A DNA stretch of 64,000 nt from Paramoeba atlantica (lineage: Eukaryota; Protista; Discosea), in NCBI GenBank assembly GCA_977017575.1, contig CDRNVI010000044.1, positions 124,001 to 188,000 on the forward strand. The letters are read 5' to 3'. Under the pieces are notes generated by a model. The model saw only the letters and a program-made list of their open reading frames with translations. It made no database searches and was not told the origin of the DNA. Every line of letters starts with the position of its first letter. Positions within the stretch are counted from its first letter, which is position 1. A program made the translations under genes and the position numbers. Of this stretch, positions 41,301 to 50,303 are shown in pieces.

Positions 41301-44300
41301 CGCAGTTAAATTGGACTAATATCTCGCATATTCAAACCGTTCTGCTTGGTGGTGACTTAGTTCTTCAGGATACATCTTTATGTACTGAAAAAGCAGCAAA
41401 ACCTATTACAGAATATATCAAGGAGATGCCACAAGAGGAGCAAGTCTTTGAGAAACGTTCGTCAGAAAGTTTGGTGGCACAACAAGCTCTGGATATGGTT
41501 ATGCATTCGCTTACTTTGGCTGTGTGTCTTGGTTGTCTTGATCTAAAAAACATCATGCATTCGAGGTCTGGAGAGATACCAATTGTTCCGAAGACCACGC
41601 TTATGCCTATTCGCGTAAAGAATCCAAGAATACGTTTGAACAAATCATTTTGGAGAGAATACTTCCAGTCATATGCGAACACGCGAAGCATTTCAGCACC
41701 GGAGAATTTCCCAATTCCTTCAGGTTCACCATTTGAAAAGATGATAAAACGCCGTGAATTTGAATATGCACTCGCCAGGAAATTGCTTTACGACTCAGCA
41801 TTATCAAAATGTTCTTCAGGTCGGTCATGTAATTCAGCAGGTGATACGAAGTTAAATGAAATTATGGATTCCCCCACTATTTTAACAAGGTTTCCGTACG
41901 AAATTTTGATTATGGTCAGTAACGCAGACTCCTCAGTATTGATAAGTCTTAGCGAACACTTACCTGCCAGGAACATAGAGGAACGAATCGTTCTCTTTAA
42001 CGTTGCGACAAAAACCTTTTGCAACTGTGAGTCGGAGAATAGCATAAAGAAGTTTTTTCGAGTTTCGAATACGTCATCAACACAGAACGATACTCCCGAT
42101 TCACGCAACATGGAAGTGGCAGACAAGCAGATAATACTACCACGTAGTGCTCTGAGTCAAAAGAACGTACAGGACATTCTGCATTTATCGCCGTCTAAAA
42201 ACATAGACTCCATAAGCTCGAAGCTTCCTCCGACCGCTGTCATTCTTTCGTTTTTCCCCTGCCTAGCGGAAACCCTATTTTTTGATCGTTTTCCACAACT
42301 GCGAAACAGCTTGTCTCCACATTTACTCTTTGCTAATCTTCGACATTTCGTACAGTCACGTAGTTTCGCTGCTACATTGGGTGGCACGCATTCCTTCACG
42401 CTTTCTCCACCTTATAAATACAGCAATGCCACTGACTGTGTGGAAAATACAGAATCAGCCATTTCAGTAGCGAACGCGAAATGTAGTACGAACCATGATA
42501 CTCCGAGAACTTATAAAAGTCTTCAGGATGAAGCGGTTCATATTTGGAATTTCCTTTCAAGCCATCCTCCACATCTTATGCGTCATGATATTTGGGAGGC
42601 ATTAAGAACCGGATTTGATGTTAAGGAATGCCACAAAGTAAACACGTCTTGGCTTTTCAACACTGACAGGGTAGCCAGTTCACGTACCCTTTCCATATTC
42701 GTAGAGCTTGGAATTCATGTTTTTCTTGGCTTTCGTAAAGTACTTGTGCTTTCTCCGAATAGCGCAGTTAATCGCGAGTTAAAAGGTGGAAATAGCACAA
42801 TAGCTGGGACACCAACTAGACAAATTCATGAGGGACAAAAACTGGATAATGAGCCACTTAAGGAGACAAAAGAAAATTTAGTCGGTAAAGTACCTTTTTA
42901 TGTAGAATCAGTGGAATCTGACCCGATTATTAGTGATCGCTCAGCAGGACGTAATGATACGTCTTGTATTAAAGAGGGTGCACAAACAAGCGGGACTCAG
43001 ATCAACGACGCTCCCAAGAATGGATGTATCACGATATCGAAGGGCTATCTTACTCAATTATTGAAAAGCATAGGGAAGAATGGTCTCAACTTCCCAAAGA
43101 TCACTAAAAGTAATTTTAACAATGATATAGGCGTGTTTAATTCTTGCCTTGAACTGGAATCAGAAGGGTTATTGTTAGCTCATTACCTTGTTCATATTTT
43201 TCGCTGTGCTGGAACTGCAAAGCGCCTGTCAATAGTAAAATCCTGTTGTGTTTCTCAATCTGATGAATTTGCCTTGATCGCAGGACGCAATCTTGTTCGG
43301 GGGAACGTGAAATGGTTAAGCGTAGATTTTCGTTGCGGAAAACCGCAAGAAGGTGGACCCTTGAGCTGTTCCTCTCACCATTTAAGCGCGTATGAAAAGG
43401 ATCCTATTAGAAAAATATTTGCTCCTCGACCGAAAAGCAACGTTGAACATCTTGACGTAGGCCTTCACAAAACTCCTACGGGACTTTTAGCGGAGCTTCG
43501 AATCGACTTCGAATCTTTTAGGAAAATGGCATTAAGGATAATGTATTACACCATCTGTGTCATCTTACTACGCACGAGACATAACGCAGGGCTTATTACT
43601 TGTCCAGTATCATTGAGAATATGGAAAGAAACTATGGATTCGCTCAACTGCAGTGAAGAATTAACGCGTCAAGTCTATTTATTTCGAGCTCATTTACAGC
43701 AGTCTAGAGACCCGGAGACACGAGCTCATGGTACGCTCTACGTGGGAGAAGTTGCTATACCACCATCGGGGCAAAGATTTCGTTTCCGTGAAGAAATATA
43801 TCAAGAGTCGCGACAAGATTGTGAAAGTGGAGATTATGATAATGAGCGTAAATCTGAGAGAACGCCGTTCATATATTTTCATCGCCCACAATATCTTGAT
43901 GCATGCTTAAAAGGATTTCAAAACGAAATGTTTCTGATGCTTATGACGCGCATACATTCGCAAATTCAAAAACTTGCGAACTTGTCAAAGTCCACTTGTT
44001 TTCCTAATATTAAAATGATTTATGCATCCCAATTCGAAAGTGTGCACCAGGGAGCAGTGCGCAGTCCCATTATGTGGTTTGATACGAGTAGCAAAGATGA
44101 GTTAAAATCCTTAGTCGGAATTATTAAGGAAGCAGTGAATTACCTGGAACACTACGGCGAGTGGCTAAATGAAGTATATGGAATCGACCCTTCCGCTTTA
44201 TTCGATGAGTCGCAGCCTGAAGCGTTCCGCCCAAGTGCGACATTTAAAAACGGTGTAGGATGGAAACTTTCATATGGAGAAAACCTGTATGACACAATAC

Positions 44301-44314
44301 TATGGACCGATTAA
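38312..44314 (+). CDS. Hypothetical 2000-aa protein
   Basis: 6-kb uninterrupted ORF on the polycistron strand. No domain recognised by eye. Confidence 0.8.
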   Translation: MSWLKAAHVMCHFSGCLHDNSRSRDAIAETSDLSHSTHGCFWTEQRHIILIALTTCISNSIFNFTGVNARSIHSLSRKYSHAYHLQSFFNFAQKFHQPLSVRGSAIQHIKSQRFHYSLIPCGNLTLALASNFKSQAGKVTCSDVGLERFVSEWDEHEPSSALFRCDLYADAGGAVFRDEKTGSWLCALLATRRVSARSVPISQTPAQYFLSILSTCNIEQNRNLLQSSRHSTETQKPFCTFLPPFPIILQTYHVHHSRVRSLQHVASTQCCTSSAHDGESYKDGVLCDTSKLAAGLQTSRRMQSPDKQRYLAPSQISEDMIDYSHLRLTPVSDPRPLNFDHSIRETSQACRLLIQYSAHLHVTERLPFSQSTFVSDNLDLGDTSDGHAKSRDEEETFPDIAAFYLELQETILLRARFSTSRSVYKIEFFNTRTAKSYSHIVMRNHHTLQRLLIETSNYPVLLLLAADSATETTIRNLFLKEKQPKSSVLDFFVVHGQKKFGKLVYTLSATECQLLPLPTEYANAAAPCAMPSDITIGKYSKLCDTWNTWVARFQTDLSLKRYLVHCLSLQIMQKNDCKRSPVPDYHLVDNHQGHLTSTYSTGCNPHIQPMFSAPFSQAELHLSLLPSGILSKISGYTSSVIQQPFIQIDSTSMQKRATSLIKDQLQDCWCSFKEKGSCVSGARKRFSSYWSALSQLPERRQKEDSLKDAYLRRVCFVWVSHSFRLGLWIYQFPEKDLTPAENETSGFLKSILPIAFWLNNNYSGESFTMHMTRNSCLLHQLGAIGQSDFEYFCYNIEDLLENTLQIDLLQEILANVDVIVGHDWTRKERIPSKIPPRDGIEKSVHDSEVSILKLILSKLYFRIPPRLWCINYATQILSGHLCAAPLPFSGIYHNDHTIGPKLVPLEAQFLVEIFYHQVSCATQGQCLIHLSQMMLGLFLSIRIAGNGVRCLYENGEHTRASSMLALEKEVRDEQISAETSASELLKDSAIFPDRLLPQLNWTNISHIQTVLLGGDLVLQDTSLCTEKAAKPITEYIKEMPQEEQVFEKRSSESLVAQQALDMVMHSLTLAVCLGCLDLKNIMHSRSGEIPIVPKTTLMPIRVKNPRIRLNKSFWREYFQSYANTRSISAPENFPIPSGSPFEKMIKRREFEYALARKLLYDSALSKCSSGRSCNSAGDTKLNEIMDSPTILTRFPYEILIMVSNADSSVLISLSEHLPARNIEERIVLFNVATKTFCNCESENSIKKFFRVSNTSSTQNDTPDSRNMEVADKQIILPRSALSQKNVQDILHLSPSKNIDSISSKLPPTAVILSFFPCLAETLFFDRFPQLRNSLSPHLLFANLRHFVQSRSFAATLGGTHSFTLSPPYKYSNATDCVENTESAISVANAKCSTNHDTPRTYKSLQDEAVHIWNFLSSHPPHLMRHDIWEALRTGFDVKECHKVNTSWLFNTDRVASSRTLSIFVELGIHVFLGFRKVLVLSPNSAVNRELKGGNSTIAGTPTRQIHEGQKLDNEPLKETKENLVGKVPFYVESVESDPIISDRSAGRNDTSCIKEGAQTSGTQINDAPKNGCITISKGYLTQLLKSIGKNGLNFPKITKSNFNNDIGVFNSCLELESEGLLLAHYLVHIFRCAGTAKRLSIVKSCCVSQSDEFALIAGRNLVRGNVKWLSVDFRCGKPQEGGPLSCSSHHLSAYEKDPIRKIFAPRPKSNVEHLDVGLHKTPTGLLAELRIDFESFRKMALRIMYYTICVILLRTRHNAGLITCPVSLRIWKETMDSLNCSEELTRQVYLFRAHLQQSRDPETRAHGTLYVGEVAIPPSGQRFRFREEIYQESRQDCESGDYDNERKSERTPFIYFHRPQYLDACLKGFQNEMFLMLMTRIHSQIQKLANLSKSTCFPNIKMIYASQFESVHQGAVRSPIMWFDTSSKDELKSLVGIIKEAVNYLEHYGEWLNEVYGIDPSALFDESQPEAFRPSATFKNGVGWKLSYGENLYDTILWTD

Positions 44315-44905
44315 GTTATTTCAACAATCACATTTACTATAACTCGCTTTCTGGATTTTTGGTTTTCTTTTTCTTTTTCTTTTTTAAACGTTTAAAAAAG
44401 AATATCTTGTTTGTAATATGATATTACAAACAATGATATCTTGTTTGTAAGTAATACATGTAAGAGCTTTTTTTTCCGAAGAAACTACTGAATGCGCTTA
44501 TTACCAAAGGTGTTTTTTATTGTTTTTCCTTTCTTACTCTTTTTGTACTAGTTTTTCCAGTGTTCTATACTGCATATTTATACGCTGACACGAGGTTTTC
44601 TTGCCATTTTATGGTTTTTATAAAGGAGTTTGTTTTAATATGCTTTTATTCGTTATGGGTATCTCACTTAGTTTTGAATAAAGTTTAATATCTTTGAACG
44701 ATTTTTTTGCATCTCACATTCACAAACTGGTGGAGCGTCCACACCTTTTGCTCCATGTAAAATTTATATGCAGGTATGCGATGCTGTAGTATTATTTTAC
44801 AGATCATACTCTCACGTTGAGACCACCCAGAGAATTAGCTTTTGAGCAGTTCTAATTACCTCGAGTCGTCGTTTTTTCAACACCCCTCTCTCCTCTACCT
44901 CCATT

Positions 44906-46249
44906 ATGTCCGAGTCCGCAACCGTACACGTTCCTCTCCGTACGGAACACGTCAAACGCACTGGTACCGTCACCACCTCCATCAACACCATTCTGTGCAA
45001 CATCATAGGAGGTGCCATCCTTGCCCTTCCCGCCTCCCTCCACCATGCCTCCCTCGTATACGGTTGTCTTCTGATTCTCTATGTCGGCATCCTCAGCGGT
45101 GCGGCCCTTGTCGTACTCACGCGGCTTACCCATCACACCCAGGAGTGGTCCTATATTCGGTTATTTCGACATGCTTTCGAAAAGCATGCCCCTCCTGGGG
45201 AGGATAAAAACGACAACAATAACAAGACTAACAACAATACCCAAACCCGCAAATCCCTTCGATCTCGTTCCCTCCAATGGTTCATCCAGGCCATTGTGTT
45301 CTGGTACACCTTCGGGGTCTCCGTCTCCTTTGTGGTGATCATTGCGGACTCCATGCAACCCCTAGCCTCCTCCTGGATGAGACTCTCCGGGTTCTACGCC
45401 TCCGCCCCTTTCTGGATTCTCCTCAGCGCCCCTCTTCTTTTTGCCATCTCCTGTACCGAGCACATCTCCGAGCTTCACTGGTTCTCCTTCCTCTCCGTGG
45501 CCACGATGATTTATGTGGCCATTGGGGTCGCGATACGATATATTGGTGCGGCTGTGGGAATTCAACAAATTGTGCCTTCAGTAGCCCCGTTAAGGGTCGC
45601 TAATCCCTCGACCGATTTCTTCCAGGCCTTTCCCGTACTCACGGTAGCCTACGCGATGCATTATAACCTCCCGCAGCTGTATGCGGAGCTGGAAGATCGA
45701 CGACCCGCCACCATGTATAAAGCCATTCTACCCGCCATGGTGATTATTATGGCGCTCTATCTGCAGGTAGGGATTATGGGCTATTTACAGTTTGGACCTC
45801 AGACCCACACTCATGGAGGGGATATTCTATTTCTGTATGCAGAAAACGATATCCTGATGAATATTGGGCGGTTTTTAATGCTGTTTCACTTCGTGTTAGG
45901 GTACCCGATGGTCTCGATTGCGTGTCGTCGTACGGTGAATCTGCTGTTCTTTCATTGTGAAACGCAGAGTAATTTGTGGATACGGACAGCGCAGACTTTT
46001 CTGATTGTCGCGACCTCGTGTGCGTTGGCTGCGGTCGCTAGCGGGATCACGGAGGTCTTCGTATTTAACGGGGTACTGTTTGGTATTCCGTTGGTGATGA
46101 TTATCCCGGCGTGGATGTACTGGAGAGTGTTCCGAGAGAGTATGCGTTTATGGGAAAAGGCAGGGATCCTGCTTCTGGGCATATCAGGGTGTTTTTTCGC
46201 AATCTGTGGGTTTGTCGTTCAGCTACGACAGACCATTTTGAAGGAATAG
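44906..46249 (+). CDS. Amino-acid permease (AAAP/Aa_trans family), paralog 1
   Basis: NIIGGAILALP, about 11 hydrophobic segments, YTFG..IIADSMQPLA, AYAMHYNLP. Confidence 0.92.
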   Translation: MSESATVHVPLRTEHVKRTGTVTTSINTILCNIIGGAILALPASLHHASLVYGCLLILYVGILSGAALVVLTRLTHHTQEWSYIRLFRHAFEKHAPPGEDKNDNNNKTNNNTQTRKSLRSRSLQWFIQAIVFWYTFGVSVSFVVIIADSMQPLASSWMRLSGFYASAPFWILLSAPLLFAISCTEHISELHWFSFLSVATMIYVAIGVAIRYIGAAVGIQQIVPSVAPLRVANPSTDFFQAFPVLTVAYAMHYNLPQLYAELEDRRPATMYKAILPAMVIIMALYLQVGIMGYLQFGPQTHTHGGDILFLYAENDILMNIGRFLMLFHFVLGYPMVSIACRRTVNLLFFHCETQSNLWIRTAQTFLIVATSCALAAVASGITEVFVFNGVLFGIPLVMIIPAWMYWRVFRESMRLWEKAGILLLGISGCFFAICGFVVQLRQTILKE

Positions 46250-46965
46250 TTCTTTACACAATAGTTTAGGTTAGCAAAGTTGGAGTGATCAAAGCATGGT
46301 GACATCATTATTTAGTTAAAAAAGGCGTAGTTTTATGAAAGAATTTGTTTTGCTCGTTCATCCTATAAATCCACCGAATGGAAAGTAACCCCACTCTTAT
46401 TTGACAATGTGCCCGTTTCGGATAATTCTTGTTGCATTTTTCAGATCTCAAGGTGTCGTAACTTTCCTTTGTTCAGTATACCGCTTGTACTGCATTGAAT
46501 ACATGTCCACTTGCGTCACATAATTTGCGCCTAAGTCTGAGGCAGTCACACCATCATCATTTGGCCTGTAAAAGGATAATCCCCATTTCTCGTGCCCATT
46601 GTAGAACATCTTGAGGTACGTAAGAACTACAGTAAGTCTGAAAACTTAAGTTAGGAACGTACATGTATATCTGTATGTCTGTTAGGAACGTACATGTATA
46701 TCTTTAGTTAGGAACGTTTGCATGAGAATGCATGCCGCCTTACCGCCCGCTACCTATCAGACTTAGAGGGTTGAAACTAGGTGAGAGTGCCTGGGAGCGC
46801 TCCTCATCTTTTTTGCCGGTCTTCCACTGTGGCTAAAAGAGTTCATCTGCACTCCAAAAAATACACCAAAAAACAAATTTTGTTTTCATAAAAAGTAACA
46901 ACTCTGTAAAAAGTACAGTGTAGTTAGCGTTATTTGTTCACCTCGGATTTCCCATTCGATATTTG

Positions 46966-48206
46966 GGTTAAAGTAAAGAAAAATTCGCCTTTTTTAAAAA
47001 AAAAGGTTTATGTCGGTAAAGCAAATTAAGTATGCTTATATTGTTTTCATAAGTAAAAAATCGCCACGACTTCGCACTCTTCACTTTTATTACTTCCTCA
47101 ACTTTCTTTCTTGGACTCTTAGATATGAACACAATCACAAAAATCATGAATGTCTTCAAACATTCTTAGCAGAACATCATTCCCGTTCACCTTCAACTTC
47201 CCGTTACACTTCTCCGCCAAAGAGCGTACCCGGTGACACCGCTTCTCCGCCTTTCTCCCGAGAACACTTCCCTCGCGTTTCAAAGCTTTCTTAACGAGAG
47301 AGTTAGCTCCCTCTACCGTGTTTGTGTGAACACTCCCCGAGGTCACCCATTCCCGGCGGTGAACCACACTTTCCCACTTGTACTGCCCGTTTAGCTGTAG
47401 GTTATGTCGAGTCGAGTCAGTCCAGATCTTAGTGCGTGGACCTGCAGCTAAGGTCGTTATACCTGGAAGTAGTGAATCTGCACTACGATCAGGGACGATT
47501 TCCATAAAAATGTTTCGTAATTTATTGTCCCTAGTTGTTTCAACAATGGTTTGAGCCAGCTGGGTTCCTGCCTGTCGCACCCGCCTGGCATGGTTGTTCC
47601 CACCTCGCTTTCGTACCGAGAAAAAAGTTTCGTCGCACTGCATGGAATTAACAGTGCCGCGCCGTCGAATCTTCCGACGAACGTGAGCGGTGCTCATGAT
47701 CGCATCAATCTTTTGCTTAAGGCTGACAATAATTTGATGGCTTAGGTCGGTCTCTGCCTCGGAAACCGGGTGAGCTTCGCCACGAGAGTACAGCAGGATG
47801 AACTGCAGAGTTTGTCTTGCACTTTTTTTCGCCTTCCCAGTCAAAAGAGGCCCCATGGCACCGTATCTACCCTTGCACTTCTTAGTACAGTGCCACGCAC
47901 CACCCTCTAATTCCATTTCTTTTGGTGATGAATGTGCCCGTTTTCCACAGACAACCCTTCTCGCGACAAGCCCGTGGCTTCGAAGCCACTGCTCGCACTG
48001 TGCTTCGGTCCAGCGTGATATACGGCTGAGGGTGAACTTTTTTCGACAAGCAAACCCCCGACACCCCTGGCATACCATGGAAAATAACGGAAAAAGGGTG
48101 TAAAATAGTCATACAGTATATGTACATGTAGATAATGTCTTTTTGTTGAAAAGGAAAATGTCAAGCTAAAAAGTCATAAAAAAGCGAATTTTCCTTTACT
48201 TTCACC
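46966..48206 (-). mobile_element. Full-length Merlin (IS1595-like) DNA transposon (1241 bp)
   Basis: GG...CC termini, about 23-bp TIRs with 2 mismatches (GGT(T/G)AAAGTAAAG(A/G)AAAATTCGC), and 8-bp TSD GATATTTG at 46958-46965 and 48207-48214. Confidence 0.93.
47119..48078 (-). CDS. Merlin/IS1595-family DDE transposase
   Basis: MQCDETFF, RKRGG, VPDRSADSL, IWTDS, VVH..W...VHTNTVEG motifs in an intact 319-aa ORF. Confidence 0.92.
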   Translation of the reverse strand: MVCQGCRGFACRKKFTLSRISRWTEAQCEQWLRSHGLVARRVVCGKRAHSSPKEMELEGGAWHCTKKCKGRYGAMGPLLTGKAKKSARQTLQFILLYSRGEAHPVSEAETDLSHQIIVSLKQKIDAIMSTAHVRRKIRRRGTVNSMQCDETFFSVRKRGGNNHARRVRQAGTQLAQTIVETTRDNKLRNIFMEIVPDRSADSLLPGITTLAAGPRTKIWTDSTRHNLQLNGQYKWESVVHRREWVTSGSVHTNTVEGANSLVKKALKREGSVLGRKAEKRCHRVRSLAEKCNGKLKVNGNDVLLRMFEDIHDFCDCVHI

Positions 48207-48363
48207 GATATTTGCATGAGTCTTGTACCTGAATTCATTGTAAATATTTTCCAGAAAAAAATCAACATTGTCAAGCTTCATTTATGGACGCAAGTCTTTA
48301 GACCACTTCACTATTGCTCCGTAACTCTTCAAATTTCCCGCTCCGTAATTATTCAACTCAGAA

Positions 48364-49986
48364 ATGGAGCCAACTCTACCACCGAAAAGTCAGTCTCCTC
48401 TTTGGACCGATGAGACGTTATCGCAGTCCTCTTCTTCAGACTACACGGACACTGATTCCTCCTCCAGTAAGATTACCACGCACGTGGGTGTGATGTTGCG
48501 TGCCCTCGAAGACAGCACTGGTCATGGTACGATATACAGCACGATCATCTCTATTCTATCCACCGTGATAGGAGGCGGAGTGTTTGCCCTCTCTGCGGCG
48601 TTCCACTACTCTTCTCTGTTTCCCGGAATTCTTATGCTGCTCTACGTGGGAGCTCTCAGCTTTGCGAGCATGAAACTCATTGTCAAAATGTCGGAGTACA
48701 CGCAAGAGTTTTCCTACATGGGCATTTGCCGCGCCGCGTTTCAGCATGATACGGAAAATCCGATTGTCACGCTCAAGGAACATGATCATGAGAATGCTCC
48801 AGCAAGGAGATTTACCCCTATTGCCACTCGTGATGCCTCTATTCAAGAGGACTCCATCACAGAGATTCCCCCATCGGAGACACACCTGACCACACCAAAG
48901 ACATCGATAAAGGGCACCGCTACGACACTCCGAGAACTGCAGGCACATCAAAGCGCAGCACTGCGCTCTCCACAATCTCACTCACTTCGTCGTAGCTCAC
49001 CACGAAAAGAGTACATGAGCTACATCGCCGAGGCTACCATCTTACTCTATACCTTTGGAGCATCCGTGATGTTCGTTCTCATCATCGCTGATTCCATGCA
49101 ACCACTGGCCGCACAATGGATGCACTTCTCTGGTTTCTTCGCGGATGGCCGGTTTTGGATTCTTGCCACTTTCCCCCTGCTCTTCGCGTTGACCTGTGCA
49201 AGACATCTCACCGAGCTCCGCATTAGTTCCCTGCTCGCGTTCGTCACGGTTCTCTACGTCGGGTTTCTTGTGTTAGTTTACTACGTCAAACGCGCAGTTG
49301 AGCTTCAGCACTGCCTGATCGCAGACGCCCCTACCCGGGTGAATCAGTGGACTGCGGACCTTAGCAAAGCGATTCCGCTACATGCGGTAGCCTACGGGGT
49401 CCACTACAACCTCCCCGCGCTGTACCATGAGCTCCGGCACCGCTCGGTGGCTCGTATGGATCGGGCGCTCTACCCCTCCATGGTGATTATTGTGCTTTTT
49501 TACCTCCAAATCGGTATCTGCGGGTATCTTTACTTTGGGGAGACAATTCTCTCCCATGGTGGGGATTTGCTCGCGCAGTACCCCGCCGATGACACCTGGG
49601 TGAATGTCGGGCGGCTGATTATGTTGCTGCACTTCGCGTGTGTCTACCCGCTGTGTACGGTGAGCTGTCGACGCTCACTGAACACGTTTTTGTTTGGAGG
49701 GGATCAGCATGTCTCGACACCGTTACGGGTGCTGGAGGCATTTCTGATTGTTGGGGTCTCCTGCGGGTTGGCGGTGGCGGCCAGTAGCATATCCGTGGTG
49801 CTGGGGTTCTGTGGGTCCCTGTTTGGGGTGCATATTATCATGACTTATCCAGCGTTGATGTACTGGCGTCTATTCCGCGGGAGCCTCCGTCCCCATGAGT
49901 ATGTGGGGCTTTCGGTGCTTATTGCCTCCGGGATTTTGTTTTGTATCGCGGGCACCGTGGTACAGATAAAAGATCTCGGCGGGTGA
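48364..49986 (+). CDS. Amino-acid permease, paralog 2
   Basis: TVIGGGVFALS, YTFG..IIADSMQPLA, AYGVHYNLP. Has a Ser-rich N-terminus and a long loop insertion. Confidence 0.92.
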   Translation: MEPTLPPKSQSPLWTDETLSQSSSSDYTDTDSSSSKITTHVGVMLRALEDSTGHGTIYSTIISILSTVIGGGVFALSAAFHYSSLFPGILMLLYVGALSFASMKLIVKMSEYTQEFSYMGICRAAFQHDTENPIVTLKEHDHENAPARRFTPIATRDASIQEDSITEIPPSETHLTTPKTSIKGTATTLRELQAHQSAALRSPQSHSLRRSSPRKEYMSYIAEATILLYTFGASVMFVLIIADSMQPLAAQWMHFSGFFADGRFWILATFPLLFALTCARHLTELRISSLLAFVTVLYVGFLVLVYYVKRAVELQHCLIADAPTRVNQWTADLSKAIPLHAVAYGVHYNLPALYHELRHRSVARMDRALYPSMVIIVLFYLQIGICGYLYFGETILSHGGDLLAQYPADDTWVNVGRLIMLLHFACVYPLCTVSCRRSLNTFLFGGDQHVSTPLRVLEAFLIVGVSCGLAVAASSISVVLGFCGSLFGVHIIMTYPALMYWRLFRGSLRPHEYVGLSVLIASGILFCIAGTVVQIKDLGG

Positions 49987-50303
49987 TGTGGAAAACGAGA
50001 CTGTAGCATTTTCGTTTTCAAAGATGTAGTCGACTCTTGCTTTTGGAGTCATAGAACCGCTAGAAATAGCTCTTGAACCACTAGACGTAGAGCTAGAGTG
50101 CATACAGCTAGAGTATAACACACATGTTCCTACGTTACTTTATGAGAATAAAAATATATACCATCGAAAAATTGAACCTATCACGACCTCATACGTAGGT
50201 TTGTTTTTCGCACACGAATTTACCTTTTCAACTTTACCGTTCTTCAACTTGTTCTCAGAGTGTCGTAAATAGATTTTAACTCCTCTTTCGTACTACTCAA
50301 CCC

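Noticed and set aside
44407-44450. 13-bp-arm hairpin TTGTTTGTAATAT-G-ATATTACAAACAA
   Set aside because: Short AT-rich local duplication/inversion with no further support.
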